Below, one piece after another: positions 20,836-32,333 of a stretch of 32,933 nt of DNA. The position numbers were made by a program, and so were the translations under genes. The number at the start of each line of letters is the position of its first letter. The first letter of the stretch is position 1. The notes under the pieces were generated by a model, which worked only from the letters and a program-made list of their open reading frames with translations, did not search any database and was not told the origin of the DNA. The DNA comes from Basidiobolus meristosporus CBS 931.73. Its lineage: Eukaryota > Fungi > Basidiobolomycota. Where the stretch lies: the NCBI GenBank assembly GCA_002104905.1, contig MCFE01000827.1, positions 1-32,933 on the forward strand. Reading direction: 5' to 3'.

Positions 20836-21153
20836 TCAATTAGTATATTTTTAGGCTATCAGTATATCAGTATTATCTATCAAATCAATAGCATTAGTCA
20901 GCAAATGAATCAGCAGATCCTTATCAGACAGTAACAGATATATTAAGTAGAATCTTATTGGGTGATGATGATGCAATCAAATGAGTCATCAGCCACAACC
21001 TACATTAGGAAATACAATTAGTCAGCAATTGATCTGGCCAAATGTATATAAGGAGCTGCTGGAACCTCAACAAAGATCAGTTCAAGTTTTTGTGAATACA
21101 ATACTAGCTAAACTCCCTATTCCTCTACAACTCTTATACCAAGACTTGTAACA
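20836..21153 (+). repeat. gypsy-2 5' LTR, 5'-truncated
   Basis: Matches 28974-29291; TATATAA at 21045-21051; ends TGTAACA. Confidence 0.93.
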
Positions 21154-21154
21154 T

Positions 21155-21164
21155 TGGTAGCAGC
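21155..21164 (+). promoter_or_regulatory. gypsy-2 PBS, probably tRNA-iMet 3' end
   Basis: TGGTAGCAGC 1 nt after the LTR. TGGTAGC is complementary to the GCUACCA end of many initiator tRNAs; the host tRNA is unknown. Confidence 0.55.
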
Positions 21165-21211
21165 AATAACCAGAAACCTCCCTCCTGGAGAAAGAAGAAA
21201 CCACCCTCAAG

Positions 21212-23536
21212 ATGTTGGACAATGAAGAATGGATGAATGCCATGCAGCAAATCCTGGCCCAACAGCAACAGTTACTCCAGATCCTCAGCCAACAGCAACA
21301 AGGAATGACTACCATGGCCCAGAGCCAGCCAAGCCCTGTCAAGAGCAACTTTAGTGTGAAGGTCAACTGGTACCATGGCAGAGTCAATGAAAACCTGGGA
21401 ACTTGGCTCTCTCAGATTGAAGAAGCTTTTAAGGCTAAAGGAATTGCTCCAGAAAGCAAGTTGCATTATGCAGCTTCTTACCTGGTAGATGCAGCTTTAC
21501 AGTGGTACCACAACAAGATCATGTCAGCCACTATGATGGGATGCTCTACAATCTCTACCTGGGATGAGTTTGTGTTGGAAATTCAGGACACTTTTGAACC
21601 TCCACACCAACAAATACTAATAAGAAGGAAGCTAAAGACACTCAGACAGAATGAAATGGTTCAAGAATACATCTATGAGTACAGATGTCAACTTGGACAA
21701 ATTGAAAGAATGGACCCCCTGGATCAAGTTGAATACTTTATTGATGAGTTGAAAGAAAGAACTTGCAAGGAAGTGAATTATCAAAGACCTCAGACTATTG
21801 AAGAAGCCATCAAGATTGCCATTGACTATGACTCAGCTATGTTTGGAGTTGGGTAGCCTACAGTGACTAATTAGAAAAGCTACAATCATCATGAAAGAAG
21901 ACAGTCAGAAGCAGTACCAATGGAAATAGATACTATGCAGAAGAATCCTACCTCAGAAGAATGTAAGAAGAAAGGACCTTGCTTTAATTGCCACCAGCAA
22001 GGACATATTGCAAAGTAGTGCCCTCAGAGAAGAAATGGACACCAGACATCAAGAATCTTTAGCCGTATTGATGCCATGGAGCATAGGAACATGGAGGATG
22101 AACTTGAAGAAGACTCAGAACTTACCTTCCACATGACAGAAGAATACCTATCCCAGATGATCTCAAACTCAGGAAAGCTATTATACTTTAATGGAGTATT
22201 CAATGGAGTACCTACCAAGATCATGAATGACTCAGGAGCATTGCATGAGTACATGTCAGAGCAATTTGCCTTGACAGCTGGAATCAACTTGAAACCTATC
22301 AAATCAACTTCAATCTCAACAGCTGATGAGAACTCTCACATAATCAACCATATTACTCAGCCAGTAAGAATGAAGATCAATGACTCTGAAGAAGACCTAC
22401 AGGCTTATATATTTGGGAACTGCAAGTTTGACCTTGTACTTGGAAAAACCTGGCTATTTTGTTGTAATCCATCAATCAACTGGAGAACCCATGCTACTCA
22501 GATCCAAAAAGACAACAAGACCTATGAGCTATTACCTGCCAGGCTGGATTTCAACTTGGTCAATTTCAGTATGTGTGAGACTAGTGAACTTAGCAAGACC
22601 CAGTTCCATAGAGCGCTTAGAAAAGGTACCCAGATGTTCCTTGTGGCAGTATAACAGGAGGATTCTTCTACCCCAGCACCCCAGCAGGTCCAGACTCTCT
22701 TGAAGAAATATTCAGACGTGTTTCCAGATGAGCTTGTAAGCTTACCACCAGTTAGAGATGTGGATCATGCCATTGACACAGGAGATAGCCCTCCAGTGAG
22801 CAAGACACCTTACAGAATGAGTCCATTGGAATTGGAGGAAATGAACAGACAAATTGATCAGCTATTGGAGCAAGGATACATCAGGCCCAGCAAGTCACCC
22901 TGGGGAGCACCAGTGCTTTTTGTGAAAAAGAAGGATGGAACACTTAGGATGTGCATTGACTACAGAGCCCTGACTCAGTTACCGTCAAGAATAAGTACCC
23001 CATACCTTGGATTGATGAGCTTTTGGACCAACTTAATGGAGCCATTATTTTTAGCAAGATTGACCTCATGTCAGGATACAACCAGATTAGGGTGAAGCCA
23101 GAAGACATCCCTAAGACAGCATTCAGGACCAGATATGGACATTACAAATACTCAGTCATGAGTTTTGGCCTCACCAATGCCCCTGCAACTTTCATGACCC
23201 TGATGCAGACCGTCTTCCAGGAGTACTTAGACACGTTTGTCATAATCTACCTAGATGATATACTGTTATACAGCAAGACAGAAGAGGATCACTTGGGGCA
23301 CATTGAAAAGGTCTTGAAGAAGCTAAGAGAGAACAAGCTTTATGGCAAGCTACCCAAGTGTGAATTCTTTGAGGAACATATTGAATATCTGGGCCACATA
23401 GTGACTAGCACAGGAGTAACCTTAGACCCCAAAAAGGTAGAAGTAATCAGGAATCTGAAGCAGCCCCATAGCATATCAAAACTCAGATCATTCCTTAGAA
23501 TGGTTTCCTATTATTAGAGATTTGTTAAGTTGTTTG
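21212..23536 (+). pseudogene. gag-pol: gypsy-2 gag-protease-RT
   Basis: Retrotrans_gag-like (WYHG...WLSQIE, LRQ...VQEY), knuckle CFNCHQQGHIAK*C, protease NDSGA, RT ([40 protein letters not shown]). gag through the start of RT is in one frame. Confidence 0.95.
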
Positions 23537-23885
23537 TGTTGTAAAAATTTGTATTTCCACCTAAATATTCACCTAACTTAGTCACTTAGATCATTACCTT
23601 CAAATCCTAGAGAATACTGACCAAATTCCTTGTTGGGATTTACTTAGAATATTTTCACCAAAATACCAGGTACCCAGAACATGATAATTCTCAAAGTTGT
23701 CCAAATAGCCCCAAACTTTGCACACATGTTCTTGGGACCTTCCTTAACCTATTTTACGTGTTTGTAAAGCCAAGACTAGGTAAAAGTATAAATACTACTT
23801 TTACATTCAATAATTCATTAAGTGAAAACCACACAATCTACTTGTTCTCCCAATCACTTCCAATATCTCCAAGACTCTTACAACA
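23537..23885 (+). repeat. Copia C 5' LTR (349 bp)
   Basis: TGTTGTAA...TTACAACA followed by a PBS. Confidence 0.96.
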
Positions 23886-23897
23886 GGTTATGAGCCC
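23886..23897 (+). promoter_or_regulatory. Copia C PBS, internal (half-molecule) tRNA-iMet type
   Basis: GGTTATGAGCCC, complementary to the GGGCUCAUAACC anticodon arm of fungal tRNA-iMet. Confidence 0.85.
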
Positions 23898-23916
23898 CAA
23901 GCTGTCACTCTCTGCA

Positions 23917-26900
23917 ATGTCTACTACTGCTATTACTGGAATTTTTCCTTCTGCTGAAAAGTTGGATGGCTCTTAATATCAAGTGTGGCAGGTGAAGAAG
24001 AAGATGCTGCTTCAAGAAAGTGGCCTTTGGGATATTGTCATGGGAGAAGAATGCCCACCTAAAAACGTGGGAGAGGAAGCCTTAAAGTACCAAAAGAAAG
24101 AACAAAGTGCCTTTAACTGCATTTGCCTTAATGTCAAGAACAAATTGCTAATTCAATGCTCAAGAGCAAAAACAGCAAAGAATGCCTGGAAAGCATTGGA
24201 AGCCACCTACCAGTCATGTTCAGCTGCCAAGAAAATGTATCTGAGACAAATATTCTTCACTACAATGATGCTGCCAGGAGAAGAAATGAAAAATCTAATT
24301 TACAGAATTACCCTGCTGGTAGACAAGATGAAATCTGTGGGCGTACCAACTACTGATGGGAATATGATAGTTACCATCCTGAATAGCCTGACAGACATGT
24401 TTCAGGGCCTTGTATCAGCCCTAGAGTCCAGAACTGAAGATTTGACCTTAAATTACGTATATGGAAGGCTCCTGGATGAAAAATTTAGAAAATCAAGCGC
24501 CAATAAGAAGGAAGAAGAAAATGCATTATTAAGCAATGATAACCAACATAGGAGGTATCTAAGACCCTACAAAGGCAACAGCAACCTATTTTGCAACTAC
24601 CGCAAAAGGAAAGGACACACATCAGACTGGTGTCTCAAAAAGAAAGATAATCAGCAAAAGAAGCCTGAATATGGAATTGCTGCAACAGCTGAAGATAGAC
24701 TATTCATATCTGCACTAAATATGACCACAAACAAGGATTCTCAGATGTGGTATATTGACTCTGGAGCTTCTCAACACTTTACACACCAAAAAGAACTTTT
24801 TACCCAATATCAAGAAATTCCAATTAAGAAGGTTTTCATGGGTGACAATAGAACACTTGATGCAGTGGGAGAAGGAACTATCCAAGTAAACCTTAGAAGC
24901 AGTGAAGGAAGCCTTACACTGACCTTTAAAGAAGTACTATATGTACCAGAAATAGCCAAGAACCTACTCTCTGTAAGCAAGGCCACAGCAGAAGAACTCA
25001 GTTTCAGTTTTGACAATTCTGGATGCAGGATCACTGATCAAAATGGTGCCCATATTGCTTTGGGCATCAGAGATCAGAATCTAGACAAGTTGACTTATAT
25101 TCCATCATATCTGGCAGCCAATATAAGTAACTCAAATGAAGAAACACCAATGCTTTGGCACAGGAGGTTTGGGCACATCAATTATGATTATTTGCGTAAA
25201 ATGATCAAAGATCAGCAAATTTCTGGAGTGAAAATTGATCCCCCAGCTAATTTGGAGCACTGTGAAGCATGCATATATGGGAAACAAGCCAGACAACCAT
25301 TTAAGAGCTCTGGGTTAATCAAAACTAAGAAAAAATTAGATCTAATTCACTTAGATCTGTGTGGACCTATGCAAAATTTATCCTTAGGCGGGATGAAGAA
25401 TTTAATCACATTTATTGATGATTATACAAGATACACATGGATCTACTTCATGGAGAGAAAGGAAGAAGCTCTGTCTAAGTTCAGGGAGTTGAAAGCCATG
25501 GTGGAGAGAGAAACTGGTGAAAAAATCAAGAAAATACACTCTGACAATTGTGGAGAATATACCTCAAAACTCTTCATCCACTTCTGCAAAAATCATGGAA
25601 TAAAGCAAGAGACTACTGTACCATACTCCCCACAGCAAAATTGAGTAGCAGAACAAGCTAACAGATCAATAATTGATATGGCAAGATCTATGATCCATGA
25701 TCAAAAATTATCCAATGATTTTTCGGCGGAATCAGTTGCCACTGCTGTATATCTTAAAATAGGAGTTACAACAGAATACTTCATGATTCTACTCCATTTG
25801 AAGCATGGTATGGATACAGACTAAGTGCAGAACATCTAAGAATATTTGGGTGTACAGCATATGCCAAAAAACTGGCCTGAAATCAGTCAAAATTTTAGCC
25901 AAAAGGTGTAAAATGCATATTTTGGGCTACTGCAATGAGAGTAAGGCATACAGGCTCTGCAATACCAAAGCAAAGAAGCTTATCAAGTCCAGGGATGTGT
26001 TGTTTGATGAAAATTCAAAATTTTCACAAAAAATGACATCAGATGATGACAAAAATTTGATCTCAAGTCTACCAATTGTCAGGAATGAATCAGAGCAAAA
26101 CAATGAACATTTTTTCACTCCAGAGGACTCTACAACCATGGTTCAGCCAGAATCAGTGCCCAGGAATATCCCAGCAGTGATCATTCCAGTATCAAATGCC
26201 CGGAGATCAAATCCGACAAGAAATAGCCCATATTACAATATCAATGAGGGTACAAACTTAGCCTATGCCTATTCAGTCCATACTGATGAGCCCCAGACTG
26301 TAAAAGAGGCCCTAAATAGCCCTCAGACAAAGTTTTGGAGATCTGCAATGACTGAGGAATATCAGGCACTGATGGAAAATCAAACTTGGGACTTAGTCAA
26401 ATTACCAATCAACCAAAAATCAATTGGATGCAGATGGGTCTTCAAGACAAAATACAAGGCTGATGGTACAATTGAGAGATACAAAGCAAGACTTGTAGCC
26501 AAAGGATGCTCTCAAACAAAAGGACTTAACTATACTGAGACCTTTGCACTGGTAGCCAAGTTTAATTCCATCAGATTAATTTTGGCTATTGCAGCAAAAT
26601 ATAAGTTTTTTATTCTTCAAATGGATGTAAAAACTGCATTTTTGAATGGAGAACTTGATGAGGAAATATATATGAACCAGCCTGATGGGTTTATTGACCA
26701 AGATAACCCCCACTTGGTCTGCAAGCTTAAAAAGTCACTATATGGTCTCAAACAATCACCAAGAGCCTTGAATTGCAAGATAGATTCTTGTTTGGAATCT
26801 TTGAGTTGCAAAAGAAGTAACGCTGACTATAGTATATACTATAAGCCAGATAGAGCAAATCCAGTTCTATTAGCTCTATATGTGGATGATGTTATTATAG

Positions 26901-27150
26901 CCGCCAATAACCTAGAAACAATGGAAGAGACTAAATCCAGCCTATCTAAGGAGTTCAAGATGTCCGATCTAGGAGAACTCAGTTACTACCTAGGGATTAA
27001 GTTCTCCATAGACAGAAGTACCCAGACTATTACCCTAAGCCAATCCAGGTATATTCAAGATATACTAAAGAAGTACAAAATGGAAGACTGTAAACCGGCA
27101 GCTACCCCAATGGAGACAAACCTTAACTTGGTCAAAACTCAACCAAAGCC
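23917..27150 (+). pseudogene. gag-pol: Copia C gag-pol (gag, knuckle, PR, IN, RT)
   Basis: 553-aa and 455-aa ORFs with WYIDSGASQH, LWHRRFGH, HLDLCGP, FIDDYTRYTW, SDNCGEY, CRWVFKTK, RYKARLVAKG, QMDVKTAFLNG and LYVDD. Confidence 0.97.
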
Positions 27151-28913
27151 AATACCAACAAGTGGGACATAGCTTGTGAGACTTCCTTCCAGACACTCAA
27201 GAATGAACTTACTAAGCTGCCAAGCTTAAGAATGCCAGACTTCAGAAAAGAGTTCACTCTGTGCACAGATGCTTCAGATTATGCAATTGGTGGAGTGCTG
27301 AGCCAAGAACACAAGGGAAAGGACTAACCTGTTGCCTTTGAATCCAAGAAACTGAACCCCACAGAATAAGACCATCCAGTCCATGAGAAGGAGATGCTTG
27401 CTATAATACACTGTTTGAAGACATGGAGATGCTATATTGAAGGAGTCAAATGCACTGTGAAGACTGATCATGCCTCCCTCAAGTATATATTTACTCAGAA
27501 GGTACTCTCTAGAAGAATGACAAGATGGAGTGAATACATTCAGCAATTTGACCTGGAGATTGTCTACTGCCCTGGAAAAAACAATATGGTTGCTGATGCC
27601 TTATCAAGAATAGATCAAGTTGCACAACTCAACTTGGTGCATGAATCAGATTGGCCTAGCCTATTACCAGAGTACTTGGAGGACCAAGCCATTCCTAATG
27701 AGGTGGATGAAGATATCAAGAAGATAATTTGTGATGAAGCAAGCAAATTTGTGGTACAGGATAAACACTCTACCAAATTGTTGATGGAAGCCCTATGCCT
27801 ATTGCCCTTATGTTTCTCAACTGGATTTAATACATAAGCTACACAATGGATATGGATATCTTGGAATTGAAGGAGCCTATAGTCTTGTGAAAGCCAGAGC
27901 ATGGTGGCCCAGAATGAAACAAGATATTGAGAAGCTAGTAAAAAGATGCCCAAATTGCCAAATCAACCAAAGCCAATCACACAGAATTGCCAAACTCTTT
28001 CCCTTGGAGCCTGTAAGACCATTTGAAAGATGGGGAATTGACTTTATTGGAAGACTGCCAACTACCAGGAAATGCAACCATTGGATCCTATTAGGAATTG
28101 ACATGCCACTAAATGGCCAGTTGCTAAAGCTGTACCAATAGCCATTGAACAAGAAGTTGCAAGTTTAATTTACCATGAGATACTGATGAAGTTTGGATGC
28201 CCTGTGGAGATCTTACCTGATAGAGGAGCAAACTTTACGGCAAAGACATTAGAGGCTTACCTGGAAATGCAGCATATCAGGCACTTGAAAACTTGGCATA
28301 TCACCCCAGAACTGATGGAGTCACTGAGCGGTTTAATGGATTATCTGGAAAAATGCTGACCAAGTATGCAAATGGACTTGTCAGTAGATGGGATGGGTAT
28401 ATAGACCAAGCACTCTTTGCCGGCAGAGTAAGAGTGCACAACACTACCCAACAATCACCATTTTACTTAGTGTATGGATGTGAACCAAGGATTCCAGGAG
28501 ATCTCACACAACCAAAGCTTACAGACACCTCAGAAGATGAACTCAGTCAGCCCAGTAGACACCAGCAATTGGAACAAAGACATCAAGAGGCACAGACCAA
28601 AGTATCTCAAAGTGCAGAAAAGATGAAGCAGAGATTTGATAAGACTATTGCACCAGAAGCATTGACAGTTGGAAACTTTTTATTGCTAAGAAACAACAGT
28701 TGGAAGAAGTTTGAGCCACAATGGACAGGACCATTCAAGATCATCAGAGAATGTCCATTTGCAACTTACCAACTGGTGGACAAACAAGGCAATATCCATG
28801 AAGACCTAGTGCATAGGGACAAACTCAAGCTTGCAAGACTTGCTGATAATACTGAATCATCAAGATATTGGTATCACAAGAGAAGATATTCAGGAGAACA
28901 CTCTCAACTTTAG
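27151..28913 (+). pseudogene. pol: gypsy-2 RNase H and integrase
   Basis: CTDASDYAIGGVL, EKEMLAIIHCLKTWRCY, TDHASL, VADALSR, WWPRMK...CPNCQ, WGIDFIGRLP, AYHPRTDG, WTGPF; no chromodomain seen. Confidence 0.95.
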
Positions 28914-28923
28914 TAGGGGAGAA
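28912..28923 (+). other. gypsy-2 polypurine tract
   Basis: AGTAGGGGAGAA immediately before the LTR. Confidence 0.85.
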
Positions 28924-29291
28924 TGTTATGATCTGCCGCTTGAATGTTTAAGTTAGATCAGTTTTTAGTCAAGTCAATTAGTATATGTTTAGGTTGTCAG
29001 TATATCAGTATTATCTATCATATCAGTAGCATTAGTCAGCAATTGAATCAGCAGATCCATATCAGACAGAAATAGATATATTAAGTATGATCTTATTGGG
29101 TGATGATGAAGCAATCAAATGAATTATCAGCCACAACCTACATTAGGAAATGCAATTAGTCAGCAATTTATTTGGCAAGATATATATAAGGAGCTGCTGG
29201 AATCTCAATAAAAATCAGTTCAAGTTTTAGTGAATACAATACTAGCTAAACTCCCAGTTCCTCCACAACTCTTATACCAAGACTTATAACA
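28924..29291 (+). repeat. gypsy-2 3' LTR (368 bp)
   Basis: TGTTATGA...TTATAACA; AATAAA at 29207-29212. Confidence 0.95.
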
Positions 29292-29917
29292 ACATAGGTT
29301 TGTGGTGTGTGTACTTATAGGGGTTCTGTATCAAATGTGAGACAGCCTTTGATATTACTTTTATCAGCAATATAGTGATCACTGGCTTGTAATGGCTTAA
29401 TCTGGACTGCAAAAGAGTATGCATTGTTAGCATCATGACAAAAATAGCAATCCAACACAATTGCATCATCTTCTCCTTAGTTTTTTTCTCAAAGGTTCTA
29501 CTACTGAGGCATTTTGCAGTGATTCACTTGGTGCAACTAAGCTACTTCCTCTTGACTATCATCTTGGCTACTTGTGTTCCTGTAGTCAGTATTTTGTCTT
29601 AGAGTCAATGAGTTCAGTGCTGGAGCTGGGCTGCACTAAATAGCTCCAAATAGTGTTAGAGAACCAGCCTGAAGTGCCACACACTGACACATTTGTTTAC
29701 TTGCCAAAGCAACTGTGGTGGAGGCACTTCCAGTGGGTCATTGCCAGTCAATTCACCTGCGGTATATTGCCAATGATCAGGCAAAATAGCACATGCAGAT
29801 GCAACTTGACATGCTGGCATGACCCTTGCTGAGTTGTATATTATGCCATTTGTTGACATAACTTGGCCAACTCCAATGGACCTATGTCCAATCAAGCAGT
29901 ATGGCAAGTCCAATAGT

Positions 29918-31930
29918 CATAATGAGAGATTACTGTGATAATCCTGTCAAAAGGCCATCATCAATTTAAAGTCCTGTGACTAAGAGGTACCAATCCCATC
30001 AGGACACTGTGCAATTACCATTGAAAAATAATTGCACCACAGATTTCACAAAAAGCTTAGTCAAAATTTTTCATCACAACTGTATATTAGTGGCTTTTGA
30101 TTGGTTCCCTGCCTGTTTGCATATTTTCTAATCCCAGACACTTGATCACCGCCTAAAGTTGTGTACATTGGTTGAGTATTGCCTTGTTTTCACACTCCTT
30201 ACTTCCTGACTCAACCGTTTCTCTTACTTTTATGCTTAAAAATTGATTTATTTTGGTTGAAACTTCAGTTGCACCTCAGTTGCCAATTGTATTTACCCAT
30301 ACAAGTCCCTATACCCTACACTAACTTTAACCCCAACCCCACACTCAATAAATAACTCCATTAAAATCTACCACTCAATAAGTATCTCAGCTGTAAGCTC
30401 TGTTTTCATGACTCCAGCAGAGCCCAATGGCTGTATGCCACTGTTCATTCACTGTTTCCCACATGTTCTGGTCTTCAGCCATCATTGCAAGATCTAGCAC
30501 CTCATATGCCAGTCTTTGCATTAAATCCTTGCTATAGCAAAGTGCATTTTCTTGAGCACTGCCTGTGAAGAAGTGCTGCAACCTCTTGATATCCTTATTA
30601 ATGTTCCAAAGTTCCACTCAAGGCATTGTGATAGTCTTGAAAGTTTTTGACATAGTAGCCTTGCCTATTAGTGGGATCTCCAGCTTCCATGACTCTGGTG
30701 GGAACCAAATTGCCTTATTCCACTGTTCATTCACTGTTTCCCCATGTCATGGTCTTCAGCCAGCGATGAAAGGTCTAGCACCTTACTTGCCAGTCTTTGC
30801 AATAGATCCTTGCAATATTTGAGTAAGTGTTCTTCAGCAGTGCTCTTGAGGAAGTCCTGCAACCTCTTGGTGTGCCAATTAATGTTCCAAATTCTACCAA
30901 AGACATTATTATAGTCTTTTGAGTTCTTGATGTTGTAGCCTGGTGTGTCAGTGGGATCTCCACTTTGACAACAATGGAGGATGTGGAGGCTGTGAAAGAT
31001 AAGCTGCCTTTCTCTGCAAACTCATCTACCTTGCTGGAGTGTAGCTCAACTGCCTGCACTTCCAACTCTTGTGAAAACAGCAGTTTTCTTGTGGTTAATT
31101 CTTCTTGGCTATTAGGAGATTCAGTCTGTTCAGGGCATAAAGCATTAATTGGCAAAAACTGCAGTTTGTTTTGTAAACTTCCCTGCCTCAGGCTTGGCTA
31201 CACATTTCTCTCTTTACCTTTGCTATTATCACTGCCAGGTCTTTCACTGCTGCCTTGTCTGCATGCTTATTGTAATGGACTATGCTTTCTCTGTGATAAA
31301 TGCTGCTCTGACTCATCTGTTTTGGCCTGCTTGTCCCTTGCTGGCACTCTTAGGGCAACTTGACCTTTCTTTACCACTTGTTTTGAGCTCTGAGCTATAA
31401 TTGTGATGAGCTCCTGAGAAAGTGCTGGTTTTTATTGCTGCCAGGTCCTTCACAACTACTCTGACTGAGTGCTACTGGGATAATACTTTGCTTTTTCCTT
31501 AATAAATGTTGTGCTGGCACATCTGTGTCTGCCTTATTATCCCTTATTGGCACTCTATGAGCTACCTGATGTCTCTTTATGCTTACTTGGAGCTTCCAAC
31601 CCTGCAAGTAACAGGCTCTCAAGGAAGCCACTGGCTTTTAGCTAAGGCACCCTAGTTCTTCTGCCTTTGGTAGTTTCTGATATTCTTAAGATGGTTGCTT
31701 AGCATACCAAATGCTGGCACAAAATCCATTTACCTGTTTGAATCCAGAATAATGCTCATGGAACAAGTTAAGTGCATTCTGCTTGGCCTTGAGTTCCTGG
31801 TGGTCCCACGGTATGCTGGCCTTAAGGTGATGGTGTGCTAGACTTCTGATGGCCTCTTGGATATTGGATCACTCTTCACTATTGCACTCAAGAGTGTCAC
31901 AGATCTTCAATGTCTTTTGATTTCAGGCTT
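29918..31930 (-). mobile_element. Partial, inverted second copy of the CMC element (ORF2 3' two-thirds and right subterminal region)
   Basis: Its reverse complement aligns with ~11427-13157. Degenerate terminus near 29918; no transposase part. Confidence 0.88.
30401..30960 (-). repeat. 280-bp tandem duplication of the ORF2 C-terminal domain
   Basis: GTGGGATCTC at 30671 and 30951. ORFs 30387-30617 and 30775-31155 both match 12400-12680. Confidence 0.88.
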
Positions 31931-32126
31931 TTCAAATATTGGACTATTTGGTATCATTCAGCAGCTAAAAATTTACTTAACAGTTCTAGACTAGTCTTAG
32001 TCACTGCAGGACTTGTTTACTGCCTTAACTTTGCCCCTTTCTCCAGATATAAGATCTTATGAATATTCCCCTATAGTCAGGATCAAATTAGCGCTATTAC
32101 CAAACATTATGTACTAACCCTGAAAC

Positions 32127-32297
32127 TGTTGCAGAATGCTCCTGAATATTGAGAAACCCTCCCTACTTAGTGTTACAGCTGTATTACTTCTACAAAGGTA
32201 TAAGTACTGAGCTTCTTTATGAATAAACAACAGTTCAACAGTTATCACTATCTCTTGAAAAGTTCCTTATATCCAAACCACTTCTTAAATTGCAACA
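32127..32297 (+). repeat. Copia D 5' LTR (171 bp, inferred from termini)
   Basis: TGTTGCA...TGCAACA 7-bp inverted termini and AATAAA at 32222-32227, directly followed by a PBS. The partner LTR is outside the window. Confidence 0.75.
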
Positions 32298-32309
32298 GGT
32301 TATGAGCCC
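32298..32309 (+). promoter_or_regulatory. Copia D PBS, internal tRNA-iMet type
   Basis: GGTTATGAGCCC, identical to the copia C PBS. Confidence 0.85.
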
Positions 32310-32333
32310 CAATTGCCTTAATCTATTCTAAAG

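Larger units (their letters stand above)
23537..27150 (+). mobile_element. Ty1/copia element C, 3'-truncated, inserted in gypsy-2 RT
   Basis: 5' LTR, PBS, gag-PR-IN-RT. Homology ends at ...AACCAAAGC near 27150, where gypsy sequence (PIPTKW...) resumes; no RNase H or 3' LTR. Confidence 0.95.
20836..29291 (+). mobile_element. Ty3/gypsy LTR retrotransposon (gypsy-2), interrupted by copia C
   Basis: LTR pair 20836-21153 / 28924-29291, PBS, PPT and gag-PR-RT-RH-IN order. The 5' LTR lacks its first ~50 bp, so no TSD can be checked. Confidence 0.95.

Noticed and set aside
21052-21164. Tf1-type self-priming in gypsy-2 (PBS pairing with GCTGCT downstream of the TATA box)
   Set aside because: Only ~6 bp of complementarity; a tRNA-iMet-type TGGTAGC start is the simpler explanation.
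21212-21310. Poly-Q stretch as a host regulatory or prion-like gene
   Set aside because: It is the N-terminus of gypsy-2 gag, directly downstream of the PBS and in frame with the capsid motifs.
28500-28913. Chromodomain at the end of gypsy-2 integrase
   Set aside because: The ORF ends shortly after the GPF-type module; no Y-x-V-x-W chromodomain pattern is visible.
29901-29916. CAAGTC as the right end of the element starting at 20712
   Set aside because: The match is only 6 bp; the adjacent bases do not fit the ACTTGTTCC(G/A)TTG terminus or the 120-bp homology.
11427-31930. One giant inverted-repeat element bounded by the two ORF2 copies
   Set aside because: Copy 1 has its own TIRs and TSD at 649/13160. 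The copies are substantially diverged and differ by a 280-bp duplication, so they are independent insertions.
32009-32022. GGACTTGTTTAC as another GACTTG-type terminus
   Set aside because: Similarity stops after ~10 bp, with no further homology and no junction evidence.
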